A stretch of 64,000 bases of DNA from Lama guanicoe (taxonomy: Eukaryota). The stretch is from positions 3,127,567 through 3,191,566 of the forward strand of contig MU053629.1 of the NCBI GenBank assembly GCA_013239625.1, read 5' to 3'. This document shows positions 40,656-54,096 of this stretch, one piece after another. The number at the start of each line of letters is the position of its first letter. The stretch's first letter is position 1. The position numbers and the translations under genes are program-made. Below the pieces are notes generated by a model, which saw nothing but the letters and a program-made list of their open reading frames with translations, was not told the DNA's origin and searched no databases.

Positions 40656-42320
40656 TGAACTTATTTTTTTCCCACCCAGCACCTATTTCACCCTTCAAAA
40701 CTGTGCCCTGAATTCATTTTCAGGAATTACTTCTGCAGCGTGGGCTTCTGCATGGGATGGTAAATTACATGTCCCGTGTTCTTTCTGAAGTTGAAGTCTT
40801 TTCATGAACTTTGAATCTTCAACAAAATGACGGAGGATGAAAAACAGGTTGAGGTTCACACTTTCCAGATTAGAGGATGCAGTCATCCCTGCTGCCCTGG
40901 TTCCATGCTGTCTCCTTCAGCTAGCTTCCCATTCATTTTTTCAGTATGCCTGTAATTAATGTTCCCCTTTTGGGCTGAACGTAGCCCAGTTTCTTTTGCT
41001 TACAACCAGATAATCCCAACTGATGTATTAGGGTTCAGATCTGAGTCTTGGTTTTCTCATTTGCAGTTTTGGTACAATAAAGTCTACCCTCCAGGGGAGA
41101 GGCAGGGTAAGAGACAGTGTTTTGGCTCAGAATTGTAACTAATAGTCTAAACGGGTTATAAAACTAAAAAGAAGAGTCCCTAGCTCCTCCCACCCCCACC
41201 CCACCCCCGTCCCAGTTTACACTGTGAGTTACTCTACTAGAGTTTCAAACGCCATATATGGTAAATCCGGGAATAAGAAGGATTTCTTGTTTGCCAAATT
41301 TTGGGGAGTGGTCTTCAATGCTGCCTCCTCTCTACTGCTCTTCTCTAAAGGGCTAAGGGGGGACACCATTCATGACATTGCAGTTTAAATTAAATGGAAC
41401 AAGGGAAGAAGACAGTAATCTGCCTTCCAAGAAATGTTGAACCAATGGATAATCAGATTGAAATCTTAAAATATGTCCAAGGGGGTTTATAGTGAAGTTC
41501 TTAAAAATTGCCAGTACTGGAGAAGATGACTAATAACTGCTTTGGGATTTAGTTGTATCAAATGTTATCTGTTTTGATGAGCATTTTTCATGTGCAGAGA
41601 CACTGTGATTTGGCCCAGGTTATATGTGATTTGGTGCATAGATAACCACATGTAGAATTTTAATTGGGTTCTATTGCACTTTACACAAAAAGAAGAATGG
41701 GGGGAAATGAAAATGTTCATTAATAAAGTTCTTCAGATGCTGTAGCTTTTAGGCACTCATCTCTTGCACCTCAAATCAATCCTCACTGCCAACATCAGAA
41801 TACTTAAATGTTTCTTTTGTTGAATTATTTATATCTTTGTCTTCCTTAGACTACAAGTGAAAAAAGCTGAATGAAAAATTGAATGGTTACTACTGAAATA
41901 TTTACAGATGGAAGGATATGGTGTCTGGAATTTGTTTCAAAAAATGTGGGTTGGGGGCAAGAAGTTGGTGAAATAGATGAGGCAGGGTTGGCTTCAAGTT
42001 AGTGTTTTAGGGGGCTGGGTTAGGGCATATGGGGTTTGCTATTTTATTGTGTCTACTTTGTATATGTTTATAATTTGCTACGCTAAAAAGTTTTTTAAAA
42101 ATTGGATGATTACAACTAGTAGTTAAAATGCGTATGCATAAAGCAAAGACTGGGAGAGAACACAGAAAAATGAAGAGCTATGTTAGCTGGTATGTTAAAT
42201 AGTTGAATTATGGGTGAATTACTTTTTAAATTTTCATTTGATATTATTCTGATTTTATCTTTCAATAAATAAAAATCCAAAGGAGAGAATAAACAAAAAA
42301 ATTTTTGTGAAGGTAAGGAA

Positions 42321-42516
42321 CAGTGATGTGCTGGAAATAGATTGTATCAGATTGAGAGGACTGATCGTTAAATTTTCAGGGATTTTGCATCCTGGTTAAC
42401 ATTGTGTGGGTACTGAAATTGACCATGGAGGGTATATTTATACCTCAGAAATCAACAAACACTAGAAATCGGTACTCCCAAGAACCAGTTGTTAAAAATT
42501 TACTAGCACACCACAG
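42321..42516. mobile_element. MER63-like (hAT-Blackjack) MITE
   Basis: CAGTGATGTGCTGG...CTAGCACACCACAG inverted termini; GTTAAATTTTCAGG core. Confidence 0.7.
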
Positions 42517-42718
42517 GTAAGGACTATGTTGTATACTTTTCTGTCCAGAATTATCTAAAGATCCTGAAATTAATGAGTAGGTACTTATTAACTTATTCTA
42601 CACATATTTAATGAGGTTCTACTATGGGCAAGAAGTAGTGCTAGGCACCGTGGAAATTTGTAATCACGATGCAATTCCAAACAAAATCACAGTAGATGAT
42701 TCAGAATTTCTCAAATTG

Positions 42719-42785
42719 CTCAAAAAATAAATAAATAAGTAAATCTAATTACCTCCCCCCTCAAACAAACAAACAAAACAAAAAT
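42719..42785 (+). mobile_element. Tail-only (5'-truncated) Vic-1-type SINE
   Basis: AAATAAATAAGTAAATCTAATTACCTCCCCCC plus A-rich tail; 16-bp TSD AGAATTTCTCAAATTG at 42703-42718 and 42786-42801. Confidence 0.85.
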
Positions 42786-43313
42786 AGAATTTCTCAAATT
42801 GTTTATAAAGTTCACCTGGAAAACATGATAAGCCAAGACAGTTTTGAAAGAAAGAAAAGAATTATAAGAAACAGCTGGCACATGTTGTAGAAAAAAAATC
42901 AGTAGAACAAAATAGAAAGCCCTACAGCAGATCCGTGAACTCTGGAGTTTCAGTGTGGGGATTTAAAATATAAAGATGACATTTCAAAACAGTGGGGAAA
43001 GATGAATTCTTCAGTAAAGGGTGCTGAGACAACTGCATATTCACATAAGAAAAAAATGGTAAAAAAAAATAAAACTTCTATCTGAAAAAGTTTCCATTAA
43101 AAAAGTCAAAATACAAATAATAAACTGGGGGAAATATTTGCAACATGTTTGATTGACAAAGATTTAATATCCTTAATTCACATAAAGAGATTTTATGAAT
43201 CATTAGGCAAGCAATGAATACCCTGGTAGACAAATGTACAAAGGATTTGAACAAGCAGTTCACAAAAAAGAAATGGAAATGGCCAAAAAACATTTAAAAA
43301 GTTCTTAACTTCA

Positions 43314-43474
43314 AGCACAGGGAAAAATATACAAGATCTTATGGTAGCTCACAGAGAAAAAAATGTGACAATGAATATATATATGTTCATGTATAACTGA
43401 AAAATTGTGCTCTAAACTGGAATTTGACACAACATTGTAAAATGGTTATAAATCAATAAAAAAAGTTAAAAAAA
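43314..43474 (+). mobile_element. Short young LINE-1 3' end nested in an older L1 (~42660-44130)
   Basis: TSD TTCTTAACTTCA at 43302-43313 and 43475-43486; terminus GACACAACATTGTAAAATGGTTATAAATCAATAAAAAA. Confidence 0.88.
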
Positions 43475-43521
43475 TTCTTAACTTCACTTGCAAGAGAGTA
43501 CTAATTACAATAAAAGTTAGA

Positions 43522-43670
43522 TTTTTTTTTTTTTTTGCTTTTTCTGTGTTGAGGGGAGGAGGTTAATTAGGTTTATTTTTTTAGTTATTTTAATGGAGGT
43601 ACTGGGGATTGAACCCAGGACCTTGGGCATGCTAAGCATGTACTCTAACCACTGAGCTATACTCTCCCAT
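43522..43670 (-). mobile_element. Vic-1-type SINE
   Basis: Poly-T, tail module and full reverse-complement head. Confidence 0.9.
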
Positions 43671-44139
43671 CTAGATACTATTTTTATGTATTAGCAAAAA
43701 TGAAAATGATGGACACTACTCCATATTTTTAAGGACAGAGAATCAATAACTCTCATACTTATTATTAGGAATGGAAATTATTGCCACCATTGTGAAGGCA
43801 TTTCTTCTAGAAATGTATTCAAAGGAAGTAAATGTGTAGAAGGATGTTCACTGCAGCATGTTTTATCGTATCAAAACACTAAGAAGATCCTAAATGTTTA
43901 CCAGTAGCAGATTGGTTAAATAAACTATCGTTCATCCATACAGTAGACCTCAAAAAGAATGTAAGCTAGATCTGTATTTATGAACATTGAAAGAAGTCAG
44001 AGAAAAAATTAGGTTGCTTCACAATATTATAGGATTTCATTAATCGAAAAATAAAATGTGCATCTTTATTTATATATTAGACAGTCTGAAAGAATATATG
44101 CTAAACTGTGAATGCTGTTTGAGGAGAAAAGGGGAGGGT

Positions 44140-45350
44140 ATCAGTTACTGTGTTTACACTTGCAAGTAATCAAAGATATAGACACAAATATGCTTAAGAG
44201 ATAAATGGAATATATTGGCCAAGTAACCAAAGCGCTCAGGGGTGAAGTGGGCTTTGGTGAAGGGTTGATGCAGTGTCATTCAGCTACCAGCTTTTCCTCT
44301 GTCTTGCTCTTTGCCTTCAAAGGTAAAAGCTTCTTGAGGGCATTATGCTAAGTGAAATAAGCCAGACACAAAAGGACAGACACTGTGTGATTCCACTTAT
44401 ATGAGGTACCTAGAATAGTCAAACTCTTAAAGACAGAACGTAGAATGGTGGTTGCCAGCGACTGGGGGGAGGGGCAATGGGGAATTGTGGTTTAACGAGT
44501 ACAGTTTCTTTTTGCAAGGTGAAAAGAATTCTGCCGATTGGTTGCACAATAATGTGAATGTTCGCTTTAAAATGGTTAATATGGCAAATGTCATGTATAT
44601 TTTACCACAATTAAAAAACATTGCATTAGAAAAAAAAGCCTCATCCTCAGGTTGATTGCCCTTGGTTGGGGGGAGGGTTCCTGGATTTTCCAATGAGGCC
44701 CTGCAGGTGCTACCCAGCATCTCTCTTCACTTTGTCAAACAGCATCCCTGGCTTCCTTCTGATTGGACCATAATAGTATGCTCATGGGCCTGTTCCTGAA
44801 TCATGCACTATACTAGCATCACATTCTAGGACCTCTTTGTAAATGTTGGGAACAATATTGGTTGTCACAGTGATCAAGCATTTAGAATGTGGGCCAGAGA
44901 TACTAGATTTCTCATAATGTTTAGGACAATCCAATACATTCCAGACTTTTCCCACATTTTGCATGACTTTTAATGTTCCATTTGACATTAATGTAGATTT
45001 TAAAAACCTGTTTACGATAATCTGAACCTAGACCCTAACTCCATTTTATATATAAACATGAACTATTTTTACAAGGTCTTATTATAAACTGAGCTTCAAG
45101 ATGTGAGAGCTCTGGGTAAATTGAGAGAAAATAGTACTTTGTTTTATTTGGAGCAAGAGTTGTTCACTACTTCAGAAAATCATGTTTTCAACAACCAACA
45201 CCACTTGTGAACATTGCAATTAATACTGCATAAAGCAATTCACATTGCATGTTTTATCTCTGAAATCAGGATGTATGCTACAATCAGTGACATCTTAGAT
45301 GAAATACGGTACTGAATATTAGTCTGCATTTGTAGCTGTTGCATTCGCTT
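44140..45350. mobile_element. Nested old repeats: MLT1J-like LTR split by an L1MB 3' end (~44340-44640), then MER20B-like with a MER104-like MITE (~45222-45311)
   Basis: Recalled consensus motifs, e.g. CATTATGCTAAGTGAAATAAGCCAG (L1) and CATCTTAGATGAAATACGG (MER104 end). Confidence 0.55.
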
Positions 45351-46285
45351 CTCACCTGGATTCTTAAGACAACCTCCCCAGCTGGTCTCCCTGCTTAACA
45401 GCCTACAATCTATTCTCAACAGAGTAGCTAGATTTTTTCCTTTTAAAACGTGGGTCAGAACATGTCACTCCTCGGCTCAAAACGTTCTAATGTTGCACCA
45501 TTTTACTCAGAGTACAAGCCTTACAGTAGCCTATGAGGCCCTGTGAGATCTGGCTCTGTTTCCTCTGTGACCCATCTCTTACTTCTGCTTTTTCTTACTA
45601 TTCATTCCAGACAACCTCACTGGTCACTTATAGCCCATATACTCATCACACAGGCTTCTGCCTTAGGTCCTTTGCATGGCTATTCCCTTCACCTGGATAC
45701 TTCCCCCTAGATATCTGCATGATTCATTCCCTTACCTCCTTCAAATGGAACAGTACCTTCTAGTGAGGTCTGCTTGAGCACTAGTTTAAACTGTGGGGGT
45801 GGGGAATAGCTCAGTGGCAGAGTGTATGCTTTGCATGCACGAGGTCCTTGAGGTATCCCCAGTGCTTCCATTAAAAAAAAAATTTAGGGGATGGTATAGC
45901 TCAGTGGCAGAGTGCATGCCTAGCATGCACGAGGTCCTGGATTCAATCCCCAGTATCACCACTAAAAGATAAATAAATAAACCTAATTACCACTCCCCTC
46001 AAAAAAAAATTAAAAATAAAAGAAACGATACTGCAACCCACTACCTGCTGCTCTGAACACTGGTTTTCCCTTATCCTGTTTTACTTTTTACCCCAATAAT
46101 ACTTACCACCTTCTGATGAAATACCTAATTTACTTATGTATTCTGTTGTATTATATTGATTGTCGGTTGTTTATATCCCATTACCCTGTTGGAATGTAAG
46201 CTCCATGAAGGGAAATTTCTTTCTGTATGCCCAGTAAACTTAGGAGCGTGCCTGAAACGTAGTGCTCAAAACTGTCAAATGAATG
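45350..46285 (+). mobile_element. L2 3' fragment
   Basis: CTCACCTGGATT...CATGTCACTCCTCGGCTCAAAAC...GAATGTAAGCTCCATGAAGG...TGAATG end. Confidence 0.8.
45794..46025 (+). mobile_element. Two Vic-1-type SINEs in tandem, inside an L2
   Basis: Heads at ~45794-45870 and ~45886-45961 separated by an A-tract; the second probably inserted into the tail of the first. Confidence 0.88.
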
Positions 46286-48309
46286 GTGACTCTGCCATTA
46301 GGTGTAAACATCTAACTACTTCTTTATGTCTTCTATGTGCCCAAGCATTTCCAGATTGAAACACATAACATTTCATCGTGAATTGTCTTCTAATTATCTC
46401 TCCTTTACATCATAGTTATAGTTATACCATAATAGAAGATATGTCATCATAATATGATCTTTTGATTTTACAAGTCAGGATAGTAAGGCAGGGTTATGAA
46501 ATGTTTGTTACAATATCAGGGTTTGGATGTTAGGGTTGAGAACTGCTGGTTTAGACTATTCCAGAAGCTGCTCCTGAAGCTGTGGGTAGAGATAATCCCA
46601 CCCAAACAGCCTGGCTGTTTCCTGGATGGGAGGGGTGGGGTGGATGTTGCAGAGGCAACCACAACGTTGACAACCAGGAGGAAACAAATTTCACTTTCCA
46701 AACTTACTCTCATATTGTTCATATTATTTGAATATTTTATACTGAGTATTTATTCTTTTTGTAACAAGCAAAACCAATAAGGATATTTTTACTTAAAAAA
46801 CTACTGTAAAATATAGAAAAAGAAGAAGAGAATAAGGATTGCCTTCTCCCCAAGGATAACCACCGCTAGCATTTTATTTTATACCCTTTCATTTTCAAGC
46901 ATGTGTGTACATCTATAGATTTTCCAATGATGGCTCTGAATAGTGAGAGTTATATGGTTGGAGGTGTCCTTTGTCGAGATTATTCTGGCAGCCACCTGCA
47001 TATTGGATGGAGGGTAAGGCTAGATTGTAAATTAACTGTGGGGAAGGAGGGCTTAGACTGGACCAGTTGCTGAGAATGGAAATGGACACACCTCAGAGAC
47101 ACTGTAAAGGAAACATGCTGCTGACTAACAATTAGTGTGGACAAGAGCAGCAATGATTTTTTTTTCTTTTTTTGCCATCTGTATTGTAACCTTGCATTCA
47201 AGAATATTGGAGATAAGGGAGAACCTTTTGCCTGCTTTTTGCTTTCTGTCTTGCTATCTCTTTTTAAAAAAACAATAAACTGCATGTTTAAAATCTGAAA
47301 TCTAACAAGTTTTGATGTATGTATACACTTGTGAAACCATCACAATAATCAAGACGATAGACATATCCATCATTCTTCAAATGTTCTCCGACCTTTTAAC
47401 CCCTCTCCCTTCTCCATTTTTTGGTCAGTTCGCATTTTGTAGAATTTTATATAAATGGAATCATACATTATGCACTCTTTTTTCCCTCTGGCTTCTTGAA
47501 GTCACCATGATCATTTTGAGATTCATCCACTTTGTTGTGTATATCAGTAGTTTGTTCTTTTTATTGCTGAGTAATATTCCATTGTGTGGATATACCAGAA
47601 TTTGCTTATCCATTCATATCTTTCAGATATAAACCCAGGAGTGGGTTGATTGGTTCATATAGTAGTTATTCCTCTGTTCTAAGCTTTGACACTGCATCTA
47701 AAAGTGTCACCTTTATCTTCTTTTTTTTGCTCACCCTGACCAATTTAGTATTGTGGTATTTTTATGTTTGAATTACTAAAAGGTCTAGTTTTTTCCAAAT
47801 AAATGTTTGAGAAACAATAAATGACACTCTAGTGATCAACTTGGTTTTTCTTTTCTTTTGAGTGAGCATAGCTCTTATCCCCATGGGAGACTGGATGGAC
47901 TTGATGGGGTCTCACAATGCCAAAGCCCATTCACTCTTCTGGGAGGCAGTAGTATGGTAAACACACACAGGCTCAGGGTAGGAGTGTGGGGGACTGGTAC
48001 TCATCCAAAAAAATCTCTCTGTAATGGTGGAATTTCAGAGGCCATAGCAGGTGCCATTTCTGGGTTAGGTGTGGATGAGGATGAACAAGCTAACTTTGGT
48101 CTAGAAAGCCAGCCTAGCCCACAGGAATTCTGGAAGGCTATCGGGGAAAAAGACAAACAGCCCCAGAATGACAGGGATCCCAGCAAGACTGAGGCACTCG
48201 TAGTAGCCCACCCCAGTCTTCTGCAACTCTCTGCCCTTTTATCCTAACCTTCTGTTTCCTGTTTTCATCCATTTAAAAAAACTGATATCCAGCTCCTTTG
48301 AGTTTTATG

Positions 48310-49260
48310 TGTGTGTTAAAATATACATATCACAAAATGTACCATTTTATGTGGTTCAGTGGCATTAAGTACATTTATGATGTTGTGTGACCATCACCAC
48401 TATCCATTTCCAGAACTTTTTCATCATCCCCAATGGAAGCTCTGTATCTAGTAAACAATAACTCCCTATTTCCTTTCTACTCTATGTCTCCAAGAATTTA
48501 CTCATTCTAGGTATCTCATACAAGTGGAATCATACAGTATTTGTCCTTTTGTTCCTGGCTTATTTCACTTAGCATAATGTTTTCAAGTTACGTTTATGTC
48601 ATAACGTATCAGAATTTCATTTCTTACTAAGGCTGAATAATATTCCATTGTTGGCATATAACTCATTCTGTTTATCCATGCATCTGTGATGGAACTTGTG
48701 TTGTTTCCACCTTTTGGCTACTGTGACTAATACTGCTATGAATGTTGTTGACCTGTATCTGTTTGAGTCTCTGCTTTCACTTCTTTGGAGTAGAATTGCT
48801 CTATCAGATAGTAATTGTATGTGTAACTTTTTAAAGAGCCAGCAAACCGTTCATTACAGCAGCTGCACGATTTTACATTCTCACCAGCAATGTACAGGGT
48901 TTCCAATTGCTTCATATACTCTCCAACCTTTCTTATTTTCCTTTCGTTTTGTTTTGTTTTCTAATAAAAGCCGTCCTAGTGAGTGTAAGGTGGTGTCTCA
49001 TGTGGTTTTGATTTGCATTTCCCTAATGACTCATGAGGTTCAGCGTCCTTTCACATGCTCACTGGCCATTTGTAAAGCTTTGGAGACATGTCTATTCAAG
49101 TCCTTTGCCCATTTTTGAATTGGGTTGTTTTTTGTTATTTGTTGAATTATAGGAGTTCTTAATATATTCTAGATATTAATCATTTATCAGATATATGATT
49201 TGTAAGTATTTTCTCCATTCTGTGGGCTGTCTTTCACTCCCTTGTTAGTGTCCTTCCTTT
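48310..49260 (-). mobile_element. L1MB-like 3' fragment
   Basis: Typical antisense L1MB 3' UTR/ORF2 text (CATCACCACTATCCATTTCCAGAACTTTTTCATCATCCC). Confidence 0.85.
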
Positions 49261-50021
49261 TAATTTTTGAAAGATGTCAGAGCCATATAATTTATGTTCT
49301 ATGAGTAGCAAACATAAAAGGCTAAGAGTATGTAAAGAGGAAACTGTTAAAAGAAGTTATTTTGATTCAGATTTCATGATATGGAAAAAAAATCTGTGAT
49401 TGAGCTACACAGCACTTAGTTATAAATATTAAGTTGTTTTTAATATACATGTAATTTATACATTTATATATAAATATATATTTATAATTTAACTCTATTT
49501 ATATATAAATGTACATATTTATCTTAACCATTTCTTTCTGTAGGACTATTTGGTGCTCTAGTGACTGTAATTAGATGGTAAAAGTTGAGCATTTCCTGAT
49601 CTCGTGTACAGTTTATTACCTTACAATATACACAAGATAAAAAGCACAGAAAAAAATTTATTTAATCACTTCATTGGGTCTGTTTACTTTTCTCTCTTAC
49701 AAAATTATTTTTATTATGAAATAATGGCATTACAAAAAAGTACATGAAACATAGAGTTTAACAAGTAGTTGTAAAGTGAATGACACTGTAAAAATCCTTT
49801 TGGGTCAAGAAATAGAAAACTGAGGTATATTTACTTAACAAACAGGAACCATATATGGGAGACTGAACAGAGGTATGTCTGTCCTGGGCATCCTTCCTGA
49901 GGTCTAGGGAGTGTGTTCAACCTTTTAAAAAAGTGCTAGGATGGAGAGGTGATGCTTTTGGCATCCTGCCTTTTTCTCATCATAAGTCTTGGCCTGCCCT
50001 CTGGATAATCTTTACAATTAA

Positions 50022-50220
50022 CACATGGTTCTCAGCCTTGGCACTGTTGATATTTGGGGCCAGATAATTCTTTATTCACAGGACAGGGAAGCTGTCCTGT
50101 GTATTGTAGGATGTTTCTATCCAGGAGACACCAGTGGTGTCTCCCAACTGTATGTTAAAAAGGTCTCCAGATGTTATCAAATTCCCTGGGGGCAAAATTG
50201 GCTACTGTTGAGACCCAGTG
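50022..50220. mobile_element. MER20 (hAT-Charlie)
   Basis: TGGTTCTCAGCCTTGGCACTGTTGATATTTGGGGCCAGATAATTC...GGGGGCAAAAT...GTTGAGACCCAGTG. Confidence 0.85.
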
Positions 50221-51079
50221 AATTGATGAACACTTACTATGCACCAGGCATGGTGTGAGCTATACATATATTATTCCAGTATTCATGTTTGTCCTCATTT
50301 TGCAGAGAAGGAAGTGAGTTTTAGCAGGATTAGGTAAATTATTTAAAGTGAGACAGCAAATGAATGGCTGAGTTGGAGTTTAAACACGGACCTATCAGTC
50401 CCCACTTTGTTTTCAACAACCATTCAATGTTGCCTCCCAGGCTATGGAAGATGAGATATAGTCCACATCTTGCTTCCACATATTCCAGGGCCTTAGCTTT
50501 TCTATATTTCCAGGCTTTTTATGGACTATTTCCCTTTGGTTTTCCTACCAACTGTTTAAATTAGACATGCTTGACACTAAAGTCAACATTTTTGCTCTTT
50601 TTCTATTTCTTATCCTTACTTCCCTTTTTCTATTGATCATTCATCCAAATAGCCATTAAACTCCAGATCTCTCTCTTTTTGTATCTTCATAGGCAAAATT
50701 CTCATATTTTTGTACATCCTGTCCAAATTCTATATTTCATTTCTAGAAAAGGTATCATTAATGATTAGTAACAAAACCTTAATCAAAACCCCAATGTGAA
50801 CCTTTTTTGGAACTTAAGAAGTTTACTCTTAAGTTTCATCTGAAAAAGAAAGTCCCTAAAAATAGCCAAAATTTAGAAAGAAAAAACAGTGAGGAAGTTG
50901 CCATATTTATTTTTATTTATCAAATGCATATGGTTCCTTCTACTTGTCAGGCACTATTCTAAGCCCTGTACAAATATTTACTCATTTGGTACCACATACG
51001 AGACATCAAAATAGACTACAAAACTATAATTAAAGCACTGTGATACTGGCATAGAAATAGAAAACTTGACCAATGGGAC

Positions 51080-51530
51080 TATATCAGGATCAGGTCCTCT
51101 GGAAGCTGATACCAGATTTATTAGATTCACTTGGGGGAATGCCTGTAAGGGATAAATGGGAGAAGTAGGGCCTTCAGACCACAATTTAGGTCCAATACCT
51201 ATGCAAGGAGAGAGGGAAGGAAGGAACATTGGGTAGGAAGAGCCTTGGACTGTAATGCAGTTCTGAGAAAAATCTCAGCCAAGCCAAAGGAGAGCTCCAG
51301 AGCAAAGATTGCCCATTGGGAGAGCCCCATTTTGGACAGAACTGGTCCAGCTCTGGTACCCCCACTGTGCTCAATGATTGTCTGGGAACAGTCTGGAGGG
51401 AGTGTGGCATCAGTGTGAACACGGTGGTGGACCTTGGAGGTGTGGTAGCGGGAGGCTGTCAGCCAACTCCACTTCTCAGAAAGGGCTCTTTCTTGAGGGG
51501 AAATCCGAGCAGTATTTCTCTGTGGCAGTC
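51080..51530 (-). mobile_element. LTR16A-like (ERVL) solo LTR inside an old sense-strand L1 (~50740-52170)
   Basis: GAGAGCTCCAGAGCAAAGATTGCCC and GGAGGCTGTCAGCCAAC cores; L1 ORF2 relic continues on both sides. Confidence 0.75.
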
Positions 51531-52934
51531 AGATGTAAAGTGTGAAGATTCAAGAATAGACTTATTTATATAAATGGAATTTATTTATAGTAAATTAGAC
51601 ATTTCAAATCAGTGGAAAAAAAAGATAGACTATTCAAATAAATGATGTTGAAACAATTGACTGTCCATTTGGAAAGAATTAATTTAGATCAATACTTCAT
51701 GCCATCCTCAATATAAATAAAATCCATATGGAGAAAAAAAATAGAGACATATTTGAGGAGAAACATTTTTTGAATAATTTTGGTGTGGTGAAGAAGGCTT
51801 CTTATGCAAAATGCAACACCCAGAAGCCATAAAAGAAATGACTGAGAGAGATTTGATTAAATAAAAATTTTAAACTTCTGTACGGGAAAAAAGCATCATT
51901 AATAAAATTAAAAGTCAGGTGATAGATTTGGGGGAAATATTTGTGCCATATATAACAGGCGAAGGATTAAAAGGTAGAATATATAGAAAGATCCTCCACA
52001 ACAATAAGATAAACAACCCCAAAAGAAAATGGACAAGGATATTAACATGCAATTCACATAAATGGCTATTAAATATAGGAGAAAAAGTTTACAACTCACT
52101 GGTTATCAGGGAAGTGGAAGTTATTGGCAAGCCAGATGGGCAAAAATGAAAAATATTGCAGAGTAGCTGGGAAAAATGAATATTTGGCTTTTCTAGCCTT
52201 TAAGGAGGAAGTGGGCAAGGAAGAAATAGCTTAGGAACAGGTTTTAGTTTAGTGAACCCTTACTGTCTTCTGTATCCATGAGTAAGGGAATGGGAATGGT
52301 TGTAAAAACTATAGTACAGCCTTGCTCAGGAGAACTACGCAGCAAATGAGTTAAGTCTGTAGGGACTAATGTGGAAAGATTTTTCAAGATGAGGAACCGG
52401 TACACATATTTATATTACATTAAAAGAAAATGTAGCAGTTATTTCTGGGGTTGAAGGAGGAACTGAAGTTGAGGAATTTAAGGATTTACTCTGTATTCTG
52501 TATTGTCTAAGTCATTTCCATTAAGTTCCTGTATTTCTTGAGAGATTACAAAAAAAAATGTATATCAAGCAATTACTATCCCTCTTCCCCCAAACAACAA
52601 AGTAAAATTCTAATTTTCTTCTTTGTTCATAGAATCCATTTACCACTTTTTCCACAACAGCCTTTGATTTTTCTTTCTTCTCTATTCCCATAGCTACACC
52701 CCATTTCTATTTCTACACCAGTTTGTGCCTGGTTAACTACAATAGCCTTCTAATGGATACTCACACGTCCAGTCTTTCTTTACCCTAGTCCTGCAGGCCA
52801 TAGCCAGATTACTTTTCCTAAGACTAGGTTTACTTTAATCACCCTTCTTTTATGGCAGATCTTTTATGGCTCCCCCAAAGTGTTCAGTGGGGTGCTAACA
52901 GGTGTTCCATGGGATAAGAGTCCTGTGGTTGGTG

Positions 52935-53441
52935 TGTTGACTTAAAGAAAAATGTACAACATGACAGTTGTGAGTTTCAATTTTATTTAGGGTCTTACTG
53001 AGAACTATTGCCAGGAAGACAGCCTCTCAGTAGCTCTGAGAAACTGCTCCTAAGAATTAGGGGAGGAATCAGTATATACATGAATTTTTTGGCTGAGAAA
53101 TACATGTAGTCAAACATACATCTTGGTAAAAGATTATTGCTGATTACAAAAAGCAGATCTCAAGTTAGTGATTTTAGTGCTTTGCTCTATATGCAAAGAT
53201 GCAGGAATCTGGAGCCACTGAAATTCTTCCTGAGATAAGCATCTTAACTATCGAAGGGGTGTTTATCCAAAGCACAGAATGCCTCATCCAGTTTTTTTTT
53301 ATTTTTATTTATGTTGTGAATTCTCCTTAGGGTACATTGTTGTACTGTGCACTGTTGGGTGGGTGAGTGCAATGGGTTGTGATTTAGCCCATGTATAACT
53401 GGATGATGAATGATACTCTTGGTTCTTTATTTTTGTTCACA
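52935..53441 (-). mobile_element. MER41-like (artiodactyl ERV1) solo LTR nested in a Charlie-type relic
   Basis: TG...CA termini; 4-bp TSD GGTG/AGTG (1 mismatch); AATAAA on the - strand at ~52982; CAGCCTCTCAG-TAGCTCTGAGAAACTGCTCC core recalled from MER41-type LTRs. Confidence 0.65.
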
Positions 53442-54096
53442 AGTGAATCTGGGAAATGCTGTATTTGACACAGTTTAAAAAAAATTCTTTAGTGGAATGT
53501 TTAGACTTTAAAATACCAATGTGCTAGGGGAACATCTAAGGTGGGGGAGACAGTGTATAGTGCTTCTCAATTTATTTGAGCATGTAGTCCTTCTTCTGAG
53601 GAATATTATGGACCTTCTCAGGACACATGTTGAGAAACAATGACTTAAGGGAAGAAGTTTATAATTGTTCCCCTGGCATTAATGGCCTTACTCTACATGC
53701 TCTTATCATCTAATTTCCTCCACGTCCCAAAATAAATTTCCTTACTTGCATCTTCCTTCAGGGGTCAATGCTAGTTCCTCCTCCTCCAGAGTTCTTCCTG
53801 ATTATCTCAGTTCCTCTAAATGGTGGCATATGTTGTCAGGACTCTCATTAGTTAACTCTAGAACTGTCTAGTTATTGATATTTCTCTTTTTTTTTTTTTG
53901 AGTCCATCTTGTCTACCCACCTGAGTAATGCTAGGATTGTGTCTTATAATCTGTAGTACATGTAATATTTAGCTGCTGAGTAATATTATGCATCTCCCAC
54001 AGTGTGGATAATGCTCACCTTTGCACAAGGCAGTCTCTAGGCCTTAGGTAAACCTTCTGTTGCTTTACACTGTGACAGAAAGCATTGAAACAGCAC

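Noticed and set aside
41252..41261. Perfect CArG box CCATATATGG (another at ~49849)
   Set aside because: Several CC(A/T)6GG matches are expected by chance in 64 kb of AT-rich DNA; no supporting context.
49440..49520. AT-rich palindrome
   Set aside because: Low-complexity (TA)-rich tract; self-complementarity is trivial.
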